Position numbers and translations under genes: made by a program. A stretch of DNA of 28,278 nt from Gemmatimonadota bacterium (GTDB taxonomy: Bacteria; Gemmatimonadota; Gemmatimonadetes; Gemmatimonadales; GWC2-71-9): the NCBI GenBank assembly GCA_039591655.1, contig JBDHDE010000034.1:1-28278 (forward strand), written 5' to 3'. A model generated the notes under the pieces. That model was not told where the DNA came from. It saw only the letters and a program-made list of their open reading frames with translations, and made no database searches. This document shows positions 18,501 to 26,887 of this stretch, piece after piece. Numbering within the stretch: the stretch's first letter is position 1; the number at the start of each line of letters is the position of its first letter.

Positions 18501-20377
18501 CCTTCCTGGTGCGCATGAGTCTGTTTGCGCTGGGCCAGGCGACGCGGGTCCATGCGGCGGGGGCGCGCGTCACCCTGGAGAACGGCTTCCGCCAGTGGCT
18601 CGGGCCCACGTCCAAGATCGCCGTCGACACCGAGACGGGGCAGGAGTATCGCTGGGAGGACGTGGTGGTGTTCGAGGAGTCCATGCCCGACGACCACCAG
18701 CGCCGCTTGCTCTCGGCCATCAAGAGCACGCCGTTCCTCCGAGAAGCCGTGTTCCTCTTCTACCGCGGGACGGTGATCCGGCTGAACGACATCCCGCCCG
18801 GGGGGGTGTGGATCCGGCTGCTCGGTGCGCGGCACGGCAAGTCGGTGTACCGCATCACGATCCAGACGCGCACACAGGACACCTACGACGTAGCGGCGAA
18901 CCTCATTGAAGAGCTCCCCGCCGAGCAGGTGCAGGAGGAGATCGACTGGCTCATCCTGTGCGGCGAAGCCGCCAGCCGCGCACCCGTGGTGGAGGACTTC
19001 GGGGGGCACATCCCGGAGCAACACCTGTGGAGCGAGGAATTCGTTACCGGCGATACGCTGGATCGCGAGCTGCGGCGGCTCCAGCGCCGGTCGCCGGAGC
19101 AAGAGGGCCTGCGGCAGATCTGGCCGTTCCTGGCCTGGAGCGCTCTCTCGGCCTACGTGGACTTCTGGGATCGGACGGGACGCCGCTGTGAGATCGCCGC
19201 GCTGGACCCTGCCGACATCGTGGTCCCGACACACGATTACCACACTGGCTCCCGTATCGTGTCGCTCTCGTCGCGGCGGTCCCATGGCGGGCTGTTGGCC
19301 ATGGTGCGCGCGTTCAGGGAGGGGTTCGTCGACGCAGTTGAGGAAGCGCATCCGGACGTGAAGGGGCTCGTGGGGTGGGATGTAGTCTTCTCCGCGGTGC
19401 TGGAGGTCGTTGGTGAGCAAGCGGGGCTGGCGGCGTATGAGCAGGCCCTCGCTGCCGAGACGTCCATCCCGCAGGACCTGCGGAACGCCCTCGGGGAGTA
19501 CCTGTTCACCGTCCGGCGCAGAGGGTTCCTCCCGCGGCGGCTCTACTTTGCGGGCAAGCGCTATCGCCGGTGGGCCAAGCTGAATGCCGATGCCACACCG
19601 CAGGCCCGGGCGGCGACGCTGCAGGAGTTGTACGAGACCTACGGCCTCGACCGTCTCTCGAAGGTCCACCCGGAGGTGCGGCTCCGCTTCTTCCGGGAGA
19701 CGGTGTTCCGCAGCAGCTCCAACGAGCTGCAGCACGGCCTAGACGAGTTGATCGCCCGCGTTCGGAGCGGTGAGCTGCGCAACGGTGATCTTGCCACGGC
19801 GATCGCCGACTTGCGGCAGCGGCTCGACGTGGGCGAGGACGACGACTACTTCCTGGCCCGTATCCCATTCGCCCACCTGCGGCCCGAGGATGCAGTGGGG
19901 TTCGTGTCAGCTGACTCGGGGGCCGGCTCCCAGAGCGAGATCGTGGTGGCCCTCGAGGACAGCGACGCCAATCTGTTCCGGGTGCGGCACGCCCTGGTGC
20001 CCAAGGAGGTCGAGCGGTTGCACCGGCTCTTCCTCTCCGCCCGGCTCGAGGTTCGGTTCGGGCCCGAGCACCGCTACCTGGTTGGGATCAATGAGCGTGA
20101 CCAGATCATCGGGGGCATCTACTACGAGATCGCGGAGGGCGGTCGGCGGGCGCACCTGGAGAAGATTGTGGTCGCCGCGGGGTATCGTCGCAAGGGTGTG
20201 GCGGAGGGGCTCATGAACGACTTTTTCAACCGCCTGCGGGCCGCCGGCGTGAAGCGCGTGACCACCGGGTTCTTCCGCCCCGAGTACTTCTACGCCCACG
20301 GCTTCAGGATCGAGAAGCGCTACGCCGGGCTGGTGAAGTCCCTCGAGGAGGAAGCGGAGGAGGCCGAGCCGGCCTGA
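15590..20377 (+). CDS. 1595-aa multidomain protein: long-chain acyl-CoA ligase (AMP-binding), helical region, kinase-like domain and GNAT acyltransferase
   Basis: Adenylation motifs YTSGTTGMPKG, YLPLFHTFGR, SVPRKW, GFGMSEATG, GWLHSGD and DRKKEI; C-terminal GNAT motif HLEKIVVAAGYRRKGVAEGLM...YFYAHGF. It starts 6 nt after the upstream stop. Confidence 0.9.
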   Translation: MDEDRPDQMTTIPDLQDLSGLSPEEVTARVAGALEEAARAPTSEESLRLDRATVQALRASRHVRRVVEHLEPRHLADLLERCVARLEAGGESRDSDLRVLTWDTLDLVRRREVLRRIERAAVPEWADRLLRAVDSSDLTVGPLFRQRAATYGAKILFEIPEAGGSRRITWEQAARQVDTLARGLLALDGPERTAPVAILSENRIEMALLDLACLTSGIQNAMVPANSTEADVGYILRHAAVGTVVVSDRRQLHKVQKNHGELPDLRRIVVMEALEAPGPDVMTLEDVAAGAAQVSSETVRQRSEAVRVGDLATLMYTSGTTGMPKGIAFSQRNLVFKRFARALALPELGEGDVFLSYLPLFHTFGRYLEMLGCVFWGAKYCFLLNPSVEALVEGMRRYRPSVFISVPRKWMQLYEAVGQRADPLQASDEELLAVTRDLTGGRLRWGLSAAGYLDPEIFRFFYRQGVQLLSGFGMSEATGGVTMTPPHGYKDNSLGVALPGIDIELADDGELLLRGPYVMLGYHDPPDGEPSFDEDGWLHSGDLMRMDEDGHIQLVDRKKEIYKNIKGQTIAPQRIENLFREFESVGRAFLVGDHREYNTLLVYPNPDYKDQDFATMSPQEVWDHFRSLVTSVNKFVAPFERIVDFAVIDRDLDDDRGELTPKGTPRRKVVVENFADVISSLYRRTHATVGGVELTLPNWLFQILGLTAQDAAIDRDRITLPIGPTLTVRRLEGSRVRVGSCTYTIPGETLDLGAILATPRLWLGNDELVDFAPLDMGARQRPGRSQAGIEWAGRAEPYAPTADDGEHLNEALRHSEWDLLDLHRTARLLASTEEDAALSAVRLLERVIGSEDGPLIDPARHLLARGARVESAEVRRRAFLTLVPSERASRFAATLKRFFASDPLLLDTETSELLCERSLPDAKLEAFIGLAESACSNGAGGNQADQLALSLLSFLAEYGAAHPIRYRRIRAFLVRMSLFALGQATRVHAAGARVTLENGFRQWLGPTSKIAVDTETGQEYRWEDVVVFEESMPDDHQRRLLSAIKSTPFLREAVFLFYRGTVIRLNDIPPGGVWIRLLGARHGKSVYRITIQTRTQDTYDVAANLIEELPAEQVQEEIDWLILCGEAASRAPVVEDFGGHIPEQHLWSEEFVTGDTLDRELRRLQRRSPEQEGLRQIWPFLAWSALSAYVDFWDRTGRRCEIAALDPADIVVPTHDYHTGSRIVSLSSRRSHGGLLAMVRAFREGFVDAVEEAHPDVKGLVGWDVVFSAVLEVVGEQAGLAAYEQALAAETSIPQDLRNALGEYLFTVRRRGFLPRRLYFAGKRYRRWAKLNADATPQARAATLQELYETYGLDRLSKVHPEVRLRFFRETVFRSSSNELQHGLDELIARVRSGELRNGDLATAIADLRQRLDVGEDDDYFLARIPFAHLRPEDAVGFVSADSGAGSQSEIVVALEDSDANLFRVRHALVPKEVERLHRLFLSARLEVRFGPEHRYLVGINERDQIIGGIYYEIAEGGRRAHLEKIVVAAGYRRKGVAEGLMNDFFNRLRAAGVKRVTTGFFRPEYFYAHGFRIEKRYAGLVKSLEEEAEEAEPA

Positions 20378-20428
20378 GGCGGGCGTACGAGGCGGGCGGC
20401 GCCGGCCCCGGCCACGGGGACCAGCGAA

Positions 20429-20454
20429 GAGGGGGCACCGGTTGGTGCCCCCTC
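20429..20454. terminator. Probable bidirectional terminator
   Basis: 11-bp stem GAGGGGGCACC-ggtt-GGTGCCCCCTC between convergent genes. Confidence 0.7.
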
Positions 20455-20479
20455 GTTGTGTGGTCGCGGCAGCGACCGC

Positions 20480-21814
20480 CTACTTCTTGGTGGTACCCGC
20501 CAGCTCTGCCGCCGAGACGCCCGCCACTTCCTCCAGCATCGTCGTCGTGACGGACTTGGGCCGCTCGATCGGATAGCCGAGGGCGCGGTCCCAGGTAATG
20601 TTGGCCAGCACGCCGATGGCGCGCCCGATGCCGAACAGCACAGTGTAGAAGTCCCACTCGGTGAGGCCGTAGTACCACTGGATGACGCCGGACTGGGCGT
20701 CCACATTGGGCCACGGGTTCTTGGCCTTCCCCTGCTCCTGGAGGATGTCCGGAGTCACCTTGTAGATCGTGCTGATCAGCTTGAACAGCGGGTAGTCCGG
20801 CAGGTGCTTGAGGCAGAACTCCCGCTGCGACGTGTAGCGCGGGTCGGTCTTCCGCAGCACGGCGTGGCCGTAGCCGGGAATGACCTGGCCGCTGTTCAGG
20901 GTGTCCCACAGCGCCTGCTTCACGTCGTCCTCGGTGTAGTCCTCCTTGCCGAGCTTCTCCATGAAGTTCTGCGTCCAGCGCAACACCTCCTGGTTGGCCA
21001 GACCGTGCAGCGGACCGGCCAGACCGTTGATGCCCGCAGACAGCGAGTAGTAGCAGTCCGACAGTGCGGACGCCACGAGGTGGGTGGTGTGTGCCGAGAC
21101 GTTGCCCGACTCGTGGTCCGAGTGGAGGATGAAGTACATCCGTGCCACGTCGTCGTACGGTGGGTCGATGCCCATCTGGTGCGCGAAGTTACCGCCGAAG
21201 TCGAGCTTCTTGTCCGCGGCGATCTGTTTGCCGCCCTTGTACTTCATGCGATAGATGTACGCGCCGATGGAGGGGAGCCTCGCGAGGAGATTGCTGCAGT
21301 CCTCGTACACCGGGTCCCAGTACTCCATCTTGTTCATGCCCGCGTTGTACCGCTTGACGAACTCGGACTCCCGCTGCATCGCCAGGATGGCCATCGAGAA
21401 CAGCGCCATCGGGTGGCTGTCCTTCGGCATCTTCTCCAGCACGTCGAACACGTACTTGGGTACCTCGCGGCGTTTCTGGAAGTCCTTGACCACCTCCAGC
21501 GCCTGCTTCTCCGTGGGCACTTCGGCCGTGAGAAGGAAGTACCAGAAGGCCTCGACGTACGGGTAGTCGGACTTGGGCGCCTTGGGCAGCGCCTCGAAGG
21601 TCTCCGGGATCGTCTTGCCGCGGAACCGGATGCCCTCGAACGGATCGAGGTACGAGATGTCGGTCACCATCATCTTGACGCCGCGGGCGCCGCCGATGGC
21701 CTGGCCGATGGTCACCTCGCCCACCTTGACGTCGCCGTACTCCTTGAGCAGCCGCGTGGTGCGCGGGCGATGCTGCTCGATCTTCTTATGCAGGGTTTCT
21801 TTGAGCGTCGACAT
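20480..21814 (-). CDS. gltA: Citrate (Si)-synthase, eukaryote-like type
   Basis: GGARG, LDPFEGIRFRG, HSDHESGNVSAH, LAGPLHGLANQEVL, PGYGHAVLRKTDPR, NPWPNVDAQSG and IERPKS; GAGGA SD. Confidence 0.96.
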   Translation of the reverse strand: MSTLKETLHKKIEQHRPRTTRLLKEYGDVKVGEVTIGQAIGGARGVKMMVTDISYLDPFEGIRFRGKTIPETFEALPKAPKSDYPYVEAFWYFLLTAEVPTEKQALEVVKDFQKRREVPKYVFDVLEKMPKDSHPMALFSMAILAMQRESEFVKRYNAGMNKMEYWDPVYEDCSNLLARLPSIGAYIYRMKYKGGKQIAADKKLDFGGNFAHQMGIDPPYDDVARMYFILHSDHESGNVSAHTTHLVASALSDCYYSLSAGINGLAGPLHGLANQEVLRWTQNFMEKLGKEDYTEDDVKQALWDTLNSGQVIPGYGHAVLRKTDPRYTSQREFCLKHLPDYPLFKLISTIYKVTPDILQEQGKAKNPWPNVDAQSGVIQWYYGLTEWDFYTVLFGIGRAIGVLANITWDRALGYPIERPKSVTTTMLEEVAGVSAAELAGTTKK

Positions 21815-21873
21815 GCGTCCTCTCCTCCTTTACCCCCCGCCCCGTTTGACAACTACCTTTGGCAGGCGTGACT

Positions 21874-21899
21874 GTTAACTCGACAGTTAACCAGGTTAA
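21874..21899. promoter_or_regulatory. Palindromic putative operator upstream of gltA
   Basis: GTTAACT-cgac-AGTTAAC (21874-21891) overlapping TTAACC-a-GGTTAA (21887-21899); AT-rich in a high-GC background. Confidence 0.45.
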
Positions 21900-21921
21900 A
21901 GATACCAAGGAAACCCCCACC

Positions 21922-22224
21922 GTGCCTAGGCCGCTCGTTCCATTGCTGAGTATTCCAGTCGCTCTCGTGGTGCTCGCAGTCACGCCTGTTGAGGCCCAGG
22001 TCACCACCTTCCAGCAGGTCACCGGGCACGAGTTCGGATAGCGGATCACGCTGCACCACCAGATGGTGACCTACCTCCAGCGGCTGGCTGAGGCCGCGGA
22101 CCGGGTCACGGTGGTGGAGCAGGGCAGGAGTTGGGAGGGGCGGGAGTTCCTGCTGGCCGTCGTGACTTCCCCCGAGAACCACGCCCGGCTCGAGACGATT
22201 CGGGAGACCTCACTGCGGCTGGCA
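21922..22224 (+). pseudogene. Remnant of a secreted M14-family zinc carboxypeptidase
   Basis: AAGGA SD, GTG start and signal peptide ending VEA-Q. The frame then reads VTGHEFG*RITLHHQMVTYLQRLAEAADRVTVVEQGRSWEGREFLLAVVTSPENHARLETIR, with an in-frame TAG at 22039-22041. Resemblance ends near 22224, before any Zn-binding HxxE motif. Confidence 0.75.
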
Positions 22225-22293
22225 ATCACGAGAATATTGGTCGTGTACCGAGCGCGCAGTAACGTGTGTCGGCGGTGGGGCGGCCCTTCCCCC

Positions 22294-23076
<783 letters not shown>

Positions 23077-23173
23077 GGGCGCTTCCTCGCGCAAGGCACG
23101 CGGCTGGGCCGCGGGTCGGGTCGATCGGCGTGGGCGGCTGAAGCGGTGGGGAAGCTGGCCTGGGGCCGCCCGC

Positions 23174-25111
23174 TCACTCGGCGTTGCGGATGGCGTCCAT
23201 CGCGTCGGGGTTCTGGACCGATGAGAGGTCGCCCGGCTCGCGTCCGAGATAGGTGTCCCGCACCAGGCGCCGCAGGATCTTGGCGCCGCTGGTCTTAGGC
23301 AGGTCCGCCACGAAGAGGACCTTATCGGGCCGGTCGACTCTGCCGAGGCGGCCCACCACCGCGTTGACTAGCTCCTCCCGTAGCTTATCGGACGGAGCGT
23401 GGCCCTCCTGTGGCACCACGAAGCAGACGATGGCCTCGCCCTTCACGTCGTGGGGTACTCCCACGGCCGCCGCTTGCGCCACCTTCCCTCCGGCCATCAA
23501 GGCGCTCTCCACCTCCGCCGGACCGATCCGGCGGCCCGCGACCTTGAGCGTATCGTCGGCCCGGCCCTCGAGGAACCAGTAACCGTCCTCGTCGATGCGC
23601 GCCCAGTCACCGTGGTTCCACACGTCCTTCCAGGTGGACCAGTAGCTCTCCAGGTATCGGTCGGCGTCGTTCCACAGGCCTCGAGTCATGGACGGAGCCG
23701 GCTTGGTGGCCACGAGGTACCCGACCTCGTTGCGCACCGACTCCCCCTTCTCGTTCCACACGTCCACGGCCATCCCCAGACCCGGGCCCACGAGACTGCA
23801 CGGCTTGAGCGGTTGAGTCGGGAGAGGTGACAGGAAGCACCCGATGATGTCCGTCCCACCGGAGATGTTGATGATGGGGCAGCGGCTGTCCCCTACGTGC
23901 TCGAAGAACCAGTACCACGAGGCCTCGTCCCACGGTTCCCCGGTGGAGCCGAGAATGCGCAGATGCGAGAGGTCGTGACGGCGCACGAGCTCGGCGCCCG
24001 AGCGCATGGCTACACGGATCGCGGTGGGGGAGATCCCGAAGACAGACACGCGGTGGCGCTCCAGGAATGACCAGAGGCGATCGCGCTCCGGCCAGTCCCA
24101 GGCCCCGTCGTACAGCATGACCGTGGCGCCGTGGAACAGGCCGCCCAGGATCGTCCAGGGGCCCATCATCCAGCCGATATCCGTCAGCCAGAAGAAACGA
24201 TCCTCCGGCTTCAGGTCGAACGCATATCCCGTCTCCTTGGCGATCTGCACCAGGGCGCCGGCGTGGCTGTGCACGGTGCCCTTGGGACGGCCGGAGGTAC
24301 CGGACGTGTAGAGGATGAGGGCGGGGTCCATGGACGCCATCATCTCCGTGTCCGTGCCGTCGGACGATCCCGAGGCGAGGAACTCGGGCCAGGCCACGTC
24401 CCGCTCGTGCCGCCACACGATGTCGTCGTCCGTGTAGCGCGCCACCACCATCTGGGTGACGCTCGGGACCTCCGCCACCGCCGCGTCCGCGTTGCCCTTG
24501 ATGGGCACCGTCTGGCCGTTTCGTATCGAGCCGTCGGCGGTGAAGAGCAGCTTGGCCCCCGCGTCCCGCAGACGCTCCGCCACGGCTGCCGGGGCGTATT
24601 CGCTGACGATCGGAATGAAGATGGCGCCGATCTTGAGGGTGGCCAGGAGCTGCACCACCACCTCGGCGGTCATCGGCATGTACGCCGCGACCCGGTCCCC
24701 ATGCGCGATGCCTCGCCTCCGCAGGGCCGAGGCGCAGCGGTCCACATGCTGGGCCAACTCCCGGAAGGTGAGTTGGGTGAGGTGGCCGTCCTCCCGCTCG
24801 GCGATCAGGCAGACCGCGTCCCCCCGCGGCCCTCCTGCGTGCCGGTCGAGGCAGTTGGCCGCGATGTTGAGCCGGCCTCCGACGTACCACTCTGTCCACG
24901 GGGCCCCCCGGCTCGCGTCGAACACCGCGCCGTACGGGTGGGCGAACCGGATTCCCAGGTCCTCCACCACGGCATCCCAGAACCACTCCGGCTCGGCGGC
25001 GGAGCGCTCGACGAGCGCCTGCACGTCGTCCATACCGTGCCTGCGCATGAAGCGGGTCACGTTTGCCGCAGCGGTGAGCTCGGGCGTTGGACGCCAGGCG
25101 AAATCGGACAT
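23174..25111 (-). CDS. AMP-forming short-chain acyl-CoA synthetase (Acs/acetoacetyl-CoA synthetase-like)
   Basis: GGRLNIAANCLDRH, YTSGTSGRPKG, DIGWMMG, NISGGTD, WNHGD, GRADD, GRRIGPAEVE and PKTSGAKILRR. Confidence 0.92.
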   Translation of the reverse strand: MSDFAWRPTPELTAAANVTRFMRRHGMDDVQALVERSAAEPEWFWDAVVEDLGIRFAHPYGAVFDASRGAPWTEWYVGGRLNIAANCLDRHAGGPRGDAVCLIAEREDGHLTQLTFRELAQHVDRCASALRRRGIAHGDRVAAYMPMTAEVVVQLLATLKIGAIFIPIVSEYAPAAVAERLRDAGAKLLFTADGSIRNGQTVPIKGNADAAVAEVPSVTQMVVARYTDDDIVWRHERDVAWPEFLASGSSDGTDTEMMASMDPALILYTSGTSGRPKGTVHSHAGALVQIAKETGYAFDLKPEDRFFWLTDIGWMMGPWTILGGLFHGATVMLYDGAWDWPERDRLWSFLERHRVSVFGISPTAIRVAMRSGAELVRRHDLSHLRILGSTGEPWDEASWYWFFEHVGDSRCPIINISGGTDIIGCFLSPLPTQPLKPCSLVGPGLGMAVDVWNEKGESVRNEVGYLVATKPAPSMTRGLWNDADRYLESYWSTWKDVWNHGDWARIDEDGYWFLEGRADDTLKVAGRRIGPAEVESALMAGGKVAQAAAVGVPHDVKGEAIVCFVVPQEGHAPSDKLREELVNAVVGRLGRVDRPDKVLFVADLPKTSGAKILRRLVRDTYLGREPGDLSSVQNPDAMDAIRNAE

Positions 25112-25288
25112 GGCTTCCTGTGGGTCAATCCGTCCCAGATGGGTCCGTCCTATAGTACAGACCTAGCGAGACGGCGGCAAAACCGGGCTCGGCGGAGAGC
25201 GTGACTTACGGCATATCCCGTGCTTGACGGGCACCCTATGATGCCGCATCGTTCCGGGAATCTCCGACCACTGATTTGCGAGGTAGCT

Positions 25289-26881
25289 GTGCACCGCATG
25301 CGCCGGCATCTCATCGCCGCGAGCCTGCTGGTATCGGCGGGTATTGCGGCCTGCCTGTATCCCACGGAGCGCTCCGGGGAGCTGGAAGTACGTATGACCC
25401 AGATTCCCACGCTGTTCCTCAAGGACAGCCTCGAGCTCCAGGCCCGGGTGGTGGACGCGGACGGCGAGGCGGTCCCCAACGCCGTCATCACTTACTCCTC
25501 AGGCGACCCGGCGGTCGCCATCGTGGATGCCAATGGGCTGCTGCGGGCCGTGGCTGTGGGATCGACGACGGTGTCCGCTACGGCCGTGGAGTTCGCCGAT
25601 GCGCAGGCGGTCTCGCAGCCCGCCGTCGTACGCGGCCTGATCGAGCTGGACAGCGTGGTGCCGACGACTGCGAAGTTCGGCGAGTTGCTGGAGATCTACG
25701 GGGTGGGCCTGATGCCCGAATCGCTGTTCGCTGTGGCCTTCGGGGGCGTCCCGGCAGAGATCTTCGACTTCACGCCGGTCGATCCGCAAGAGCCCCAGCA
25801 GTTGGGCAGCATTCGCGTATGGATGACGCCCCCTGCGGGGCGCCGCTCGGCGCTGACCGTTCTGGGCTTCAACGGGGGGGTGGTGTTCCCCGACACCGTG
25901 AATGTGACGCAGCGGGACGTCTACGAGCCCAACAGCTTCATGCCATCCGCCCTCGGAGCCGTGCCTCTGGGGTTCCAAAACCCGGCGCTGGCGTTCGAGG
26001 TGCGGGTGCGGGACGACACCATCCCGGCGGTGGACTGGTACACCTTCACCAACGCCACGACCCAGGACCGCACGCTCGCCCTGTTCTCGGAAGGTGCGGG
26101 GGCTGAGACGTTCAGTGTGTTCCTCACCGACTCCCTCGCCTTCGATCCCTTTTTCGGCTACTTCATCGGCTGGGACTCCTGGACCATCGGGCCGGAGACC
26201 TACTTCTGCGGCGGGTTGGGGTTCACCGACGAGTTCGGCGACGAGTTCATCCTCTCCGAAGTGCCGTTCCCCTTCACCCTGATCGCCCTCAAGGACCTCC
26301 CGGCAGGCGAGTACCATATCTTCGCGCCGTACACGCCCTCGGGTGAGCCGCTCCGCTACGAGATGGGGATAGGCTCCGAGTACCTGTCGGTGCTGCCCCC
26401 GGACGCCGCGGAGGAGAACGACTACTGCGACGTGGCGACTCCCCTCGGCAACGTCCCGAGTGGAACGGCGCTCACCATCGACAACTTCCGGGACATCGAC
26501 TGGTACCGCTTCAGTGTCGTCCCGGCCGGCGGCCAGAGCCTCACGCTGAGCACGAGCTCCAACGAGGTCGACTCCGACCTGGACCTGTACGTGGTCAAGA
26601 ACGACCTACCCTTCGAGCTCCCCATGATAGACTACGCCCTGTCCGTGGGGCCCGACGAGACGCTGACCATCGACTCGTTGGGGGCGGGGGACTACTTCCT
26701 CATCGTGCTGGAATTCGAGGGCATCCCAACGAACTACACGCTGAACTACTCCTTCGGGGCGGTCATCCCCTCGCCCCGGGCTCTCGCAGCGCCCGCGGCG
26801 AGCGCCCGGCAAGCGGCTCTCGCGGCCAAGCGGGAGCGTGCCGCCGCCAGCGGGAGGACCCGGCCGACGGTCCGGAGGTAA
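25289..26881 (+). CDS. Lipoprotein with Ig-like (Big_2), IPT-like and two PPC-like domains
   Basis: GAGGT SD before GTG 25289 (ATG 25298 is an alternative); lipobox IAA-C; YSSGDPAVAIVDANGLLRAVAVGSTTVSAT; repeated D.YEPN/D..EEND and DWY.F motifs, plus DLDLYV. Confidence 0.85.
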   Translation: MHRMRRHLIAASLLVSAGIAACLYPTERSGELEVRMTQIPTLFLKDSLELQARVVDADGEAVPNAVITYSSGDPAVAIVDANGLLRAVAVGSTTVSATAVEFADAQAVSQPAVVRGLIELDSVVPTTAKFGELLEIYGVGLMPESLFAVAFGGVPAEIFDFTPVDPQEPQQLGSIRVWMTPPAGRRSALTVLGFNGGVVFPDTVNVTQRDVYEPNSFMPSALGAVPLGFQNPALAFEVRVRDDTIPAVDWYTFTNATTQDRTLALFSEGAGAETFSVFLTDSLAFDPFFGYFIGWDSWTIGPETYFCGGLGFTDEFGDEFILSEVPFPFTLIALKDLPAGEYHIFAPYTPSGEPLRYEMGIGSEYLSVLPPDAAEENDYCDVATPLGNVPSGTALTIDNFRDIDWYRFSVVPAGGQSLTLSTSSNEVDSDLDLYVVKNDLPFELPMIDYALSVGPDETLTIDSLGAGDYFLIVLEFEGIPTNYTLNYSFGAVIPSPRALAAPAASARQAALAAKRERAAASGRTRPTVRR

Positions 26882-26887
26882 CAGGCC

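Noticed and set aside
9594..20377. AblAB-like acetyl-beta-lysine pathway formed by the KamA-like enzyme and the GNAT
   Set aside because: The genes are about 5 kb apart, separated by an opposite-strand gene and a hairpin, and the aminomutase lacks the lysine-binding Asp residues.
22039..22041. In-frame TAG as pyrrolysine or programmed readthrough
   Set aside because: The gene is also truncated before the catalytic motifs, no pyl genes lie in the window, and TAG terminates many other genes here.
23077..23173. yybP-ykoY manganese riboswitch upstream of terC
   Set aside because: The minus-strand leader lacks the GGGGAGUA-type consensus elements by eye; an Rfam scan would settle it.
26879..26881. 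TAA readthrough fusing the lipoprotein and the kinase (same frame)
   Set aside because: An exported lipoprotein fused to a cytoplasmic kinase with no intervening TM helix is topologically implausible, and a well-spaced SD favours separate initiation.
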